Assembly (NCBI GenBank): GCA_046328575.1
Contig: JAXLWI010000019.1
Coordinates: forward strand, 1,153 to 65,152
Reading direction: 5' to 3'
Source: Anaerolineae bacterium
GTDB lineage: Bacteria; Chloroflexota; Anaerolineae; Fen-1058
DNA length: 64,000 nucleotides
The notes under the pieces were generated by a model that saw only the letters and a program-made list of their open reading frames with translations, was not told the origin of the DNA and ran no database searches. Within the stretch, counting starts at the first letter, position 1, and each line of letters starts with the position of its first letter. Shown in pieces: positions 10,118-19,815 of the stretch. Position numbers and translations under genes: made by a program.

Positions 10118-10615
10118 CTATCGACTCGGCCACACCTGTCCGCTCTGCTCGACGAAGTGCAGAATGATGTCCAACGTGGGCAGCGGATGGCCCAACTCCG
10201 TCAGGACCACCGACAACTCGCCGCGATGGTGCGCGGAATGCATAAAGATTTGTAATAGCAATTGCCACACTGGAAAGTGAAGCGTCTGCTGGCTAAACGG
10301 CCGGACTTCCCGCGCGAGATCATCTTCGGTCAGCTCAGTGATGAAGTCATGCGTGGTTTGTTCTACTTCGCCCCAGTAGCGGATGAGCGCCGCCAGCGCG
10401 GGCGAGTCAGGCCAATCGGGCGACGTGCCCTGACAACGCGCCAGAAACGTTGCCTCCAACCCCAGCATGTGTTCCATCAACTTCTGCACGGATTCATGGC
10501 TGGGGCTGACGGGGCGCGCCAGCTCAGCAGCGCTCAAGCACTGGACGACGTTCATGACCAAGCGATTCGCGTACGCGTTGTAAGCGCACAATGTCAACAA
10601 CCCAGCTCGATCCAT
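10118..10615 (-). CDS. DinB/YfiT-like metal-dependent hydrolase family protein
   Basis: DinB_2-type four-helix bundle His motifs (HMLGLE...HSAHHRGEL). Confidence 0.65.
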   Translation of the reverse strand: MDRAGLLTLCAYNAYANRLVMNVVQCLSAAELARPVSPSHESVQKLMEHMLGLEATFLARCQGTSPDWPDSPALAALIRYWGEVEQTTHDFITELTEDDLAREVRPFSQQTLHFPVWQLLLQIFMHSAHHRGELSVVLTELGHPLPTLDIILHFVEQSGQVWPSR

Positions 10616-10638
10616 GAAAACACTCCTTTCGTTAGCGG

Positions 10639-12123
10639 TTAAGCTGCTGGCAGCGTGAAACTAAACGTGCTGCCTTCGCCGGGGATGCCGCTGCTTTCCA
10701 CGCCGACCGTGCCGCCTAACCGCTCGACGATGCGTTTTACGATCGACAGGCCCAAGCCATGTCCGCCGCGCTTGGCCCGCGAAGTCTGGAAAAACGCTGT
10801 GAAGAGCTGCGCTTGCTCCTCAAGCGGAACCCCGATGCCGTCATCGTGAATCCAAAAGCAAATCTGCCCGTCGGCAATTGGCGCTGCGCCCAATTCAATG
10901 CAGCCAGGCCGATTCATGTACTTCAACGCATTGGACAAATAGTTCATCCACACTTCTTCGATCCACGGTGCGTACCCCAGCGCGTTCGGCCACAGACTGG
11001 GTTGCCGCACTTCGACTTGATCGTCCAACTGATCGATCAGGCGCTGCCGGACCTCAGTCACGATCGCATCCATGTCGAGAGGCCGTAACGTGAACGTATT
11101 CTGGCGCACCTCGGCCAAGAGCAGCAAATCGTCTGTAATACTGTTGATCTTCAGGGCTTGATGCTGGATGGCCTGTAAAACATCGAGATTTTCGGTCGAT
11201 GTGTACCGCGTTGAATAAAGCGACAGCAACTCGGCATAGCCAATGATCAGGTGCAGCGGATTCTTGATATCGTGGGCCACTGTATGAGCGAAGGCATCGA
11301 GTTCAGCATTGCGGGCCTGCAGCTCGGCGTTGGAATGGCGCAACTGCGCTTCCGCCTGTCGCCGTTCGGTGACATCGACGCCGGTGCCAATCACGTATTC
11401 GATTAGCCCGTCGTCATCGGCGAGCACCGTATTTGACCAGGCGATCAGCCGCCGCCGACCATCTTTCGTGATCCAGAAGTTCTCAAAGTTCAGCGGAAAG
11501 TCGCCTGCGCGCAGTTTTTCGAAGACACCTCGAACCGGATCAATTTCATTCGTGGTCAGCAGAAACTCCCACAGCTGACGATGTTTGACTTCAGCAAACG
11601 AATAGCCTGTCACGCGTTCGCACATCCGATTAAACCGGACGATACGCCCCTCGCGATCGAGGACGACGACCAATGCGCCGATCGTGTCCAACACGGCCGA
11701 CACGAAGTTACGCTCGCGCCGCAGTTCGTCTTCGACTTGTTTGCGGCGCGTGATATCATGCACGATCGCACACTGATACGTTTGGCCGCGCAGCTCAATC
11801 GGGCCGGTGTAGACTTCGACATCTCGAACCTCGCCATTGGCCAGGCGGTGTTTCAAGAGATGCGGCTGTCGATCAGTCCGGTGCGCTTCGCGTAAGGTCC
11901 TTTTTGCTTGCGCTGGTGGGAGGCCGTCGAGGTCAGTAATTTTGAGGGCGGTCAGTTGAGCGCGGGGATAACCATAGAATCGGCACGCCGCAGAGTTGAC
12001 ATCGACGATGTCAAACGTCTGTGGATCATAGATCAGCATGACGGTGTGCTGATTCTCAAACAACCGACGGTAGCGCTCGTCGTTGTTGGCAGGTCGGGCC
12101 GCAGATCGTTTAGCCATAATCAC
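10639..12123 (-). CDS. PAS domain sensor histidine kinase
   Basis: Two PAS-like segments, H-box HTVAHDIKNPL, N/G boxes (NALKYM, HDDGIGV, GHGLGLSIVKR). Confidence 0.85.
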   Translation of the reverse strand: MIMAKRSAARPANNDERYRRLFENQHTVMLIYDPQTFDIVDVNSAACRFYGYPRAQLTALKITDLDGLPPAQAKRTLREAHRTDRQPHLLKHRLANGEVRDVEVYTGPIELRGQTYQCAIVHDITRRKQVEDELRRERNFVSAVLDTIGALVVVLDREGRIVRFNRMCERVTGYSFAEVKHRQLWEFLLTTNEIDPVRGVFEKLRAGDFPLNFENFWITKDGRRRLIAWSNTVLADDDGLIEYVIGTGVDVTERRQAEAQLRHSNAELQARNAELDAFAHTVAHDIKNPLHLIIGYAELLSLYSTRYTSTENLDVLQAIQHQALKINSITDDLLLLAEVRQNTFTLRPLDMDAIVTEVRQRLIDQLDDQVEVRQPSLWPNALGYAPWIEEVWMNYLSNALKYMNRPGCIELGAAPIADGQICFWIHDDGIGVPLEEQAQLFTAFFQTSRAKRGGHGLGLSIVKRIVERLGGTVGVESSGIPGEGSTFSFTLPAA

Positions 12124-12270
12124 TCGGTTCTAGCTGCCCCCTTGGCCAGGTATCCGAATGATTGCTCTATTTACTAAACCGAAACTTAGCCTGTTTTGAT
12201 ACGGTCGGGTGTGGTATTCAATCGACTCTAAATCACGGCATTGTGGATCGGGTACTTAGCCTGTACAGTT

Positions 12271-14214
12271 CTACGGCACAGTGTAGGCCGCTAGCATAAC
12301 CTTCCCACAATCATACTCGTAGTGCAGATTACCCCCCGGGTGATCGCGTGTCCATTCGCGCAGTTCCGAAATGCGATCCGGAATCGCCACCACTACGGTG
12401 TCCGCCTCTGGCCGCTGTGTGCTCAGCGGCTCGTCCAGGTTGACGATTGGTACATTGCCGCCCAGAAAATCAACCGAGCGGTGCGTGCCATAGCGCAAGT
12501 CCGGATTGCTCAGCAAAATCAGGGTAGTCTCACGTTTGAGCGTACGCTGGTAATTGCCCAGATACGAGGCAAAGCGCGTGCCAAAGCCACCGCCGTAACG
12601 ACACTGTCCGGCAAAATCCAGGAAGTACGATTGCAGGTTCAGGGTCGCCGCTACTATAAGCAGACTGACCATGACGCTCAGGCGTGCTACGCGCCGTTCA
12701 GGCACAGCCAGCGCCAGCACAGTCAACATCAAATCGATGCCGAGCGCGGACAGCAAAATGGCCGCAGGCAGCACCATCAACATCCGATAGGAATCGGCCC
12801 CCGGCGGGATGGAAAAAATGCCGATCGCTAAAGTGCCCGACCAGAAATAACCATTCAGCAGCAAATGGTGACGATCACGCGTCCGCCAGATCGCGTACGC
12901 GATACCCAACATAAAGAAAATCGCGGTTAAGTCGCTAAGCACTGGTAACCGCGAACCATAGAATTCATCGGCGGGATAGTAGATCAACGAGAGGAAAGCG
13001 TGCGTCACCCGATCGGCCAGCACTTGCACCGCGCTCTGTCCGGTCGCAGCCATCTGGTTCGCCAGCCAACCCGATTGGAAAGTCCCATCGGCATTAAGTC
13101 GCGCCATATACAGATCAATATGGCGCGAGTTATACACAATCTGTGGCGCGGCCACCAACAATGCACTCAGTGCAAAAACCAGAATAGGGTAGCCGGCGCC
13201 TTTGAGCAACGAGCGCTTAAACACCGCGACTACCAGCACGTAGACCAGCAGCAGCGCCGCAACAATTTGAGCGCTGACATACACGCTGTTTTGCACGGCC
13301 AGAAAGACACCCCCCAGTGCCATGCGCCGCAGGTCGCGCCGCTCCAACCCGCTGATGAACAGAAACAGCACGACTGGAATGAACCATGTATCTTGAATGT
13401 AAGCCACTGCGACGGTGCGGCTGAAATGCACGTGCGTATGTGCCACAATCAGGAGTATCGCCGCCAGCAGCGCCACGCGCCGACTGAACAGATATCGCCC
13501 CAACACGTACAAAGCCGGAATCGCCAGACTGCCGCCAATGGCCGGCATCAGCCGCAAAGCAAACGGTGTGGTCCCAAACACCTGCACGCTTAGACTGATC
13601 GCTTGAATGTAGAGACCGCCAAAGTTATCTGCCAGCGAAAATGGATTCGCCAACGGGTTGCGATTGGTGGTTGTAGCGTACACGCCGATCAGCCCTTCAT
13701 CGCCGTTGATGACGCGCGGGATTTGTCCCAGGTTGTAGAACCGTACCGCAGCCCCGGCGGCGGTCAACAAGCCGATGATGATCAGTTCTTGACGGTGCGC
13801 TTTGAGCCAGGCGCGCACGTTGAACGGTTGGCTAGCCATGAACGCACCCAACCACAGCCCGATACTACTGAGCCACAACAAGAACACCAACATGTAATTG
13901 GTGCGGTCGAGCAATTCATATTGAACATCCAATGCCGTAGCCGAGGCACATGACGCCAGGGCCAGTAATATGAGAAGCGTGCGGGCCGAAGCATTGCGTC
14001 GGCCAACGAGCGCACTCAACCGCGCCGGCATGCGTCCTACTCTAGTCCAAACCAATAACACAACCGCCACAGCACTCAGCACCAGTCCAGGTATCAACCG
14101 GTCTGATCCTAAAGATATCAGCAATTGTCCAGCCGCCAAGGCGATTAGAAATAGAACACCCAAAAATGCGCGGGTTCGTTGCTCGGCCAACTGCGGTTCA
14201 GGTGCAGAATCCAT
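12271..14214 (-). CDS. glycosyltransferase family 39 (ArnT/PMT-like) membrane protein
   Basis: Polytopic membrane protein; preferred ATG 14214 (MDSAPEPQ) with AAAGG RBS, longest ORF uses TTG at 14319. Confidence 0.7.
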   Translation of the reverse strand: MDSAPEPQLAEQRTRAFLGVLFLIALAAGQLLISLGSDRLIPGLVLSAVAVVLLVWTRVGRMPARLSALVGRRNASARTLLILLALASCASATALDVQYELLDRTNYMLVFLLWLSSIGLWLGAFMASQPFNVRAWLKAHRQELIIIGLLTAAGAAVRFYNLGQIPRVINGDEGLIGVYATTTNRNPLANPFSLADNFGGLYIQAISLSVQVFGTTPFALRLMPAIGGSLAIPALYVLGRYLFSRRVALLAAILLIVAHTHVHFSRTVAVAYIQDTWFIPVVLFLFISGLERRDLRRMALGGVFLAVQNSVYVSAQIVAALLLVYVLVVAVFKRSLLKGAGYPILVFALSALLVAAPQIVYNSRHIDLYMARLNADGTFQSGWLANQMAATGQSAVQVLADRVTHAFLSLIYYPADEFYGSRLPVLSDLTAIFFMLGIAYAIWRTRDRHHLLLNGYFWSGTLAIGIFSIPPGADSYRMLMVLPAAILLSALGIDLMLTVLALAVPERRVARLSVMVSLLIVAATLNLQSYFLDFAGQCRYGGGFGTRFASYLGNYQRTLKRETTLILLSNPDLRYGTHRSVDFLGGNVPIVNLDEPLSTQRPEADTVVVAIPDRISELREWTRDHPGGNLHYEYDCGKVMLAAYTVP

Positions 14215-14236
14215 GAAATACCTTTCGGCAATAGAA

Positions 14237-14275
14237 TCATTCAGCCGTTCGTCGAATTGGCGAACGGCTGAATGA
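14237..14275. repeat. perfect 15-bp inverted repeat between the two GT39 genes
   Basis: TCATTCAGCCGTTCG-tcgaattgg-CGAACGGCTGAATGA. Confidence 0.4.
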
Positions 14276-14390
14276 AGATGAAGCGGTGGTCTGCCGTTCG
14301 TTGTTAGGGGCGAATCCAAACCGCCCGTTTCTTCTGAATCCGGCTGACCCCATTCTGATACTATTTGCCCATCATGTCAATGCGCCGAAC

Positions 14391-15941
14391 TTAGCCAAAA
14401 CCTCGCAACCGTTTCCAGAAATCAGGCCACGCTTGGCGCAGGTGTCGGCAAAAATATATATCGGGGTGACTTGTCTCTTCATTTCTCACACCATATGCAT
14501 TCTTGACTTGCCCGACCAACTGGCACGTGTCAAAGGCCGAATTGGGCAGCATCCCTAGCAAGATTAGATTCTGCGGTGGGGGATTGCCATAGCCGCGCAG
14601 CCAGTAGGAATTGATGCCGCTGATCGCCCCAGGCAAACCGTAAACTGGCCCATACAAGTTGATCGCGCCTGCTTCGCCATAGTTGCCGGTCAATATTCCC
14701 GTCTGGGCACGCTCATCAGCGGGCAAAGCCGCATAGATTTTGGCAACTGTTGCTACCAAATCGGGCCAACCGATCTGCTCTTTGAATTCGCCGTTGATTT
14801 CAGTCACTGTATTCCACCACGCCGACTTGATCGGCGCGATGGGCAGCGCCACAGCCGCAAAGAGCACGCCGCCGATCGCCAACGCCGTGAACACGCTAAT
14901 TCGAACGAGCCACGACCAACCGATCGAGAGCGCGGCGACCCCGCGTTCCATCATGACGGCACCCGCCGCGATCAACATTGGGTAAGCGGCCGCCAGGTAA
15001 TACGATCGGCCTTGTGTAACGACAAACAACATACCTGGCACGAGGAACATCCAGCCGATCGCGCGATAAGCCTTTCCGGCCTTGCCGAAGAAATAGAACA
15101 CCAGACCCATCACCCACAACGGAATGGTTACTGGGTTAGTGGAAAAGAGGAACTGCTCTTTCAGAAAGTCCTGAGTGCGCCCGATTCTGATATCGCGTGC
15201 GTGGATCGATCCCAGGAAATCCAGCGAGATGAAATTGTGTTGAATCTGCCAGATCAGATTCGGCAGGAAGATCAGCAGCGCCAGTGCAACACCGGCCCAC
15301 AACCACGGGCTGATCAAGTGACGGCGCGTTCGAGTGATGATTACGCCCGCCACAATTCCGGCGACTAGAAAGATCAGCGTGTACTTGGTCATCAGCCCGA
15401 GGCCGATGACCGCGCCGATCGCCAGCCACCAGCGCGGATTATCGGATTTCAACAGCCTGATCATCAGATAGGCGATCAGCACCCACCACAGCACATCGAA
15501 CGAAGAGTACGAGAACAACGCGCCCGCGAGAAGTGAAACCGGCGCAATACCTGCGGCCACAGCCGCCGTAACCTGAGCCAGTCGCTTGCCGCCCAATTCG
15601 CGGGCCATCAACCCGGCTAATAGCATCATGGCCGCTTGCGCCAGCGCTGGAAACAGGCGTACGCCAACTAGCGATGGGCCAAATAGCGTCAGAGCCGCGC
15701 GCATAATGAAGGCCGTCACCGGCGGATAAGCAACGTAACCCCAGTCCAGGTAACGCGCGCTATCCAACATGTCCAACTCGTCGCGATGCCAGCCATACTG
15801 GCTGTTGACGAGTAGATGCAGCCCAATTTTTGCCAGCGCCAACAAGATCAGAATGCTCACATCCGTAAATCGAATTCGAGCCTTGATCGCATCCAGAGAA
15901 AACCGCGCAGGTGTCGTAGCGCTCAAATTCTTGGCGGTCAT
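14391..15941 (-). CDS. glycosyltransferase family 39 (ArnT/PMT-like) membrane protein
   Basis: ATG 15941 with AAGGAG RBS; N-terminal loop with conserved D/E (RDELDMLD) typical of GT-C ArnT-like enzymes. Confidence 0.75.
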   Translation of the reverse strand: MTAKNLSATTPARFSLDAIKARIRFTDVSILILLALAKIGLHLLVNSQYGWHRDELDMLDSARYLDWGYVAYPPVTAFIMRAALTLFGPSLVGVRLFPALAQAAMMLLAGLMARELGGKRLAQVTAAVAAGIAPVSLLAGALFSYSSFDVLWWVLIAYLMIRLLKSDNPRWWLAIGAVIGLGLMTKYTLIFLVAGIVAGVIITRTRRHLISPWLWAGVALALLIFLPNLIWQIQHNFISLDFLGSIHARDIRIGRTQDFLKEQFLFSTNPVTIPLWVMGLVFYFFGKAGKAYRAIGWMFLVPGMLFVVTQGRSYYLAAAYPMLIAAGAVMMERGVAALSIGWSWLVRISVFTALAIGGVLFAAVALPIAPIKSAWWNTVTEINGEFKEQIGWPDLVATVAKIYAALPADERAQTGILTGNYGEAGAINLYGPVYGLPGAISGINSYWLRGYGNPPPQNLILLGMLPNSAFDTCQLVGQVKNAYGVRNEETSHPDIYFCRHLRQAWPDFWKRLRGFG

Positions 15942-15944
15942 GTC

Positions 15945-17135
15945 TCATGCTCCTTGCTTCGCTAACGCCGATCGAATATCCCGCGCATCGCGCTGCTTGG
16001 GCTTCATTCCAAACAGAAAGCGCAGCACGTTCGCGCGCCGGACGACGAATTCATACAGCACCAGGATGATGATGAACGACGTCGGTGTGATGATGAGCCA
16101 CTTCAACAGATCGGGGATATTCCACTGCACGACGAAGTAGCCGACGACGATCAGTACCGTCTGATGCAGAACGTAGAAGGGCAGCACACCCTCACTCGCG
16201 TATTGCAGGAACGGCGTAGATTTCGTGAATCGTTTGAAGCCATACCCCAGAATCGTTAGCAGCCAGCACCACGATAAGAGCGCATAAGCTGAGTTCATTA
16301 TGACGTACGGCAGTGTGCCGAACGAGGTCTCGCTCCACGCGACGTACAGCGCGATCATCACTGCTCCCATGATGCCGCCCGCATTCAACGAGGTTTGCCG
16401 CAGCTGTTGAATGCGCTGCTGCACGCCCGCGTGTGAGATGATCACGAAACCGTACACAAAGAAGAGGACGTAGATCAGCAGACTCCAGCCGCCGAAATCG
16501 TCTCGGCCAAAGAATGAGTCGGGGTCGAGCGTGCTGCGCAAGAGAGCGAGCGGCAGCACCAGCAGGTAGATCATTTTAGGCTTTGCCAGAAAGCTGCCCA
16601 TTCGATTAAGCACACGTTGCCCACCGCCGATCTTCAGCCAGCGGAAGAGTGGCAGGAGGGCGAGGCTGAACACAAACAAGACCAGCAAATACCATAAATG
16701 TAAGCCCATCCACGCGAAGTTGCCGCCAAAGCCGTACAAACCATCAAAGTAATGTGGCAAGAAATCAATAAATGTGCCGGCAAACTGTTGGTGCGAAACC
16801 CGCTCCAGATAAACCTGCAAGGCCACATGCGTGAACGCGCCAACCGCCAGCGGCACAAACAAGCGCAGCACTTTGTCTTTGATAAACGCCCCATTACCGC
16901 GCGTACCCAACGCGTAATACAGACTCGCGCCGGAAATGAGGAACATCAACGGCATCAACCAGCTTGCCAGAAATCCGATCCAGATTTCCACGCCTAGATA
17001 GGTCGTCGGATTCTTGACGTGCCAGCCGTCGAGATCGAAGAAGCGGCAGGAGTGGAAGATGAACACGGCCGCAATACCGAAGATGCGCAGCCAATCCAGA
17101 TCGTAGCGTCGAGTCGTTGTTACGTTGGTAGTCAT
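15945..17135 (-). CDS. acyltransferase family 3 (OafA-like) membrane protein
   Basis: N-term RYDLDWLRIFGIAAVFIFHS signature; 10 TM; AAAGGA RBS. Confidence 0.8.
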   Translation of the reverse strand: MTTNVTTTRRYDLDWLRIFGIAAVFIFHSCRFFDLDGWHVKNPTTYLGVEIWIGFLASWLMPLMFLISGASLYYALGTRGNGAFIKDKVLRLFVPLAVGAFTHVALQVYLERVSHQQFAGTFIDFLPHYFDGLYGFGGNFAWMGLHLWYLLVLFVFSLALLPLFRWLKIGGGQRVLNRMGSFLAKPKMIYLLVLPLALLRSTLDPDSFFGRDDFGGWSLLIYVLFFVYGFVIISHAGVQQRIQQLRQTSLNAGGIMGAVMIALYVAWSETSFGTLPYVIMNSAYALLSWCWLLTILGYGFKRFTKSTPFLQYASEGVLPFYVLHQTVLIVVGYFVVQWNIPDLLKWLIITPTSFIIILVLYEFVVRRANVLRFLFGMKPKQRDARDIRSALAKQGA

Positions 17136-17176
17136 GACAATTATCCTTTTAGGTTATGGTACCGCTAGTGAATATG

Positions 17177-17794
17177 CTAGGCTAGATTGAAACGCATGGC
17201 CGTTTCCCGATAAGCCGCGACGACAAGCATGAGCACACCTAGCGTTAGACACAGCACTTCAGCCTTGGTCAGCCTAACGTCGCGGAGGCTCATCACTTTG
17301 GTCGATTTCCACTGCCACCAACTCTGGTATTGATACACTCCCAACCTGACCGTTGAGGCGATAATCAGCAGGTAAGCCAGCATTTCAAAGCCGCCGATGC
17401 TGATCGCGAGCGCCGTGCCCGTCCAGGCGTTGAGTTGTGTCAAGTCGGAAGCGCTAAACGAGTTGGTGCCTGAAATCAGGCCACTGGTTATCCCCAGTGA
17501 AATCGGCACCAGGTAGCCCGCCGGCCAGCCTTTGACTTGATTCAGATTCAAGACTATGCCGAGCACGACTTGCAGCCCAAGGTTGAAGAACAACGTCAAG
17601 GCGAACTCCGTCCAGAAGTCGTTGGCGGTGGCCATGCGCCCGACGGCCACTGCCGGGCTACCACGCATAAAGCCTTGAGGCAGCAAGTAATACCCAACTA
17701 GATACGCAGCATTGGATAGCAGGGTATAGAGTCCATAGAGCCACAAAGCGCGCTTAAACACGCTATCGTGCACCTGAACCAGTGACGTATTCAT
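17177..17794 (-). CDS. hypothetical integral membrane protein
   Basis: ATG 17794 (MNTSLVQ) with AAGGA RBS; about 6 TM segments; longest ORF extends to 17986 in Arg-rich non-coding-looking sequence. Confidence 0.5.
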   Translation of the reverse strand: MNTSLVQVHDSVFKRALWLYGLYTLLSNAAYLVGYYLLPQGFMRGSPAVAVGRMATANDFWTEFALTLFFNLGLQVVLGIVLNLNQVKGWPAGYLVPISLGITSGLISGTNSFSASDLTQLNAWTGTALAISIGGFEMLAYLLIIASTVRLGVYQYQSWWQWKSTKVMSLRDVRLTKAEVLCLTLGVLMLVVAAYRETAMRFNLA

Positions 17795-17811
17795 CTTCCA
17801 TTCGTCCTTTC

Positions 17812-19032
17812 TTAGGCCGCCTTGCTTGATGTAGTCAAGCGGGCCACGGATCGGTGTGCGGCCTTCATGCCGAATGCACTCTGTAGTACGCTCACACGCT
17901 TGATAACCAGTTCGGTGATCCCAAGTGACATCACGAATGCGCCGAGTACAACGACCGGCAGTTTGACCACAAGGGCGGCCTCCCATTGCACGACGACGTA
18001 GGCAATGACTAGAATCGCCGGCTGGTGAACCACGAAGAATGGCAGGAGGGTCACCTGCCCGTAACGCAGTGCCTGGCTGTCACGGTTGAGGTAGCGCATA
18101 CCGATGACCAACACAAAGGCCGTCCAGCACCAGCCGCACGTCGCAATGAGTGCCCACATAAGGAATTCCCAGAACGTGCTGGGGGACCTCTCGATATCGA
18201 ACGATTCCAGCGACATGCCGATTACCATTGCTGCCAGTGTGGCTGCGATTCCGACACCGAGGATGATCCGCCAATCACGCCGGATAGCGCGTGTGAATCG
18301 CTCGTCGGCAAACACGACATAGCCCAGGACGAAAAACGTCCCATAGGTGAAGAAATCAGCCCAGTGTTGCAGTTGGGGGAAAAAAGGTTGGAGGCTTAGT
18401 CGAACTAAGGCGGGCGGGAGGATGAACAGCAAGATGGCGCCGCGACGCTCACACAGCTTTGCCAGGCGCGAGACAAGCCCTCGGCCGGTTTCGCCTTTGA
18501 GCCAGATAAAGAGCGGCAGGGCCAGCAGCGAGAAAGCGAACAGGAAGCCTAGAAACCACATATGGTAGCCGATCGCCCCGATGATCTTAGGGCCTGTATA
18601 TGATAGGCGTTCCGACACGAACTCAAAGAAAGAGCCATCAAAAACGCCGGTCTGCATTCTATGGCTCCATGAAAGATAGAGTTGGAGCGGGCCAAGCAGA
18701 ATGGTGCCAGTAAAGAACGGAACGAGAATCCGCAAGGTGCGTTCGCGGGTGAACTGCCCCGCCGAGCGTCGCTGCAACGCAAACCAACTCCCTGCTCCGG
18801 CAAGCAAGAAGAAGAGGGGCATCCCCCACGGGTAGAAGAGCGTATCGACGATCAGGATCACCTCGCTGCCCTCGGCATTCCTAATCTCGAAATTAGTCGT
18901 ATTGAACACATTGCTGGCATGGAAGAGAAAGACACCTAACGTGGCGATGACGCGCAGCCAATCGAGATAGTGTAGTCGTGCGGTCTCGCGCGTGGCGCCA
19001 GTGGGTTGCGGCAAAACGTTTGGACTTGACAT
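17812..19032 (-). CDS. acyltransferase family 3 membrane protein
   Basis: ATG 19032 (MSSPNVLP) 8 nt after receiver-gene stop; YLDWLRVIATLGVFLFHA signature. Confidence 0.75.
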   Translation of the reverse strand: MSSPNVLPQPTGATRETARLHYLDWLRVIATLGVFLFHASNVFNTTNFEIRNAEGSEVILIVDTLFYPWGMPLFFLLAGAGSWFALQRRSAGQFTRERTLRILVPFFTGTILLGPLQLYLSWSHRMQTGVFDGSFFEFVSERLSYTGPKIIGAIGYHMWFLGFLFAFSLLALPLFIWLKGETGRGLVSRLAKLCERRGAILLFILPPALVRLSLQPFFPQLQHWADFFTYGTFFVLGYVVFADERFTRAIRRDWRIILGVGIAATLAAMVIGMSLESFDIERSPSTFWEFLMWALIATCGWCWTAFVLVIGMRYLNRDSQALRYGQVTLLPFFVVHQPAILVIAYVVVQWEAALVVKLPVVVLGAFVMSLGITELVIKRVSVLQSAFGMKAAHRSVARLTTSSKAA

Positions 19033-19040
19033 GACAGACC

Positions 19041-19406
19041 TCACCTTCCCAGTGTCATAGCTTGTAAAAGCGAACTTAGCGGCGCGCCCTTTTCGATGAA
19101 GCCATCTACCCCAGCCTGAGCCGCTTTGTGCCGCGCGGCTTCGCCGGTGTGAATCGATAGGGCGACGATGCGGCAAGCTGAGCGCCGGGCCTTGATCTGC
19201 CGGGTAGCCTCATAGCCGTCCACCATCGGCATTTCCAAATCCATCAGGATGACATCCGGCTGCAGCACCGTGGCCTGCTCGATTGCTTCTGCGCCATTCG
19301 CGGCTTCTCCCACGACCTGGAAATCGCCAGCCAGCGGCAGCAGCGTGCACAAGTCTTGTCGCACTTGTGGTCGATCATCGACGATCAATACACGGATCGG
19401 CTTCAT
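19041..19406 (-). CDS. single-domain response regulator (receiver only)
   Basis: VLIVDDRPQVRQDL...DVILMDLEMPMVDG...K-box. Confidence 0.85.
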   Translation of the reverse strand: MKPIRVLIVDDRPQVRQDLCTLLPLAGDFQVVGEAANGAEAIEQATVLQPDVILMDLEMPMVDGYEATRQIKARRSACRIVALSIHTGEAARHKAAQAGVDGFIEKGAPLSSLLQAMTLGR

Positions 19407-19412
19407 AGCACA

Positions 19413-19595
19413 TCACGCCACGAAATAGAGATTGGCATAGTCGAGATCAAGGGTGCTGAAATCAATCTTCAATTTGGAATCTAAGTCCCCGAACATCTCG
19501 TTCGACGGGTCAACTTCGAATGGGTCGCTCAGCAAGCTGGACACCGATCGCTCGGTTGAATGATCGAAACGGATAGTGATAGTTGAGGTGCTCAT
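19413..19595 (-). CDS. possible small acidic protein (60 aa), uncertain
   Basis: ORF in a lower-GC spacer immediately upstream of receiver gene; no RBS, no motif. Confidence 0.2.
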   Translation of the reverse strand: MSTSTITIRFDHSTERSVSSLLSDPFEVDPSNEMFGDLDSKLKIDFSTLDLDYANLYFVA

Positions 19596-19815
19596 GGTTT
19601 AGTCTTTGCTCAATTGCATTCGCTGTGTTTCATTGCGCCATCACTATATGCCGGATTCACATCTGACACATCGCACAGCAGGCGGATTTGAGCCGCGGCG
19701 GCACGCTGATCTTTCCGTCGTTCCGCAGGATGAGGCGGCAAGCAGGGACTACGCCTGGAGATGTAGGACTAAAGGCGGAGCAGAGATATTCGAGATGATT
19801 TGTTGCGTGCTAGGC

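Noticed and set aside
13000-13593. 197-aa plus-strand ORF antisense to the GT39 gene
   Set aside because: Gln/His/Arg-rich shadow ORF opposite a membrane protein gene with good start context. No motif.
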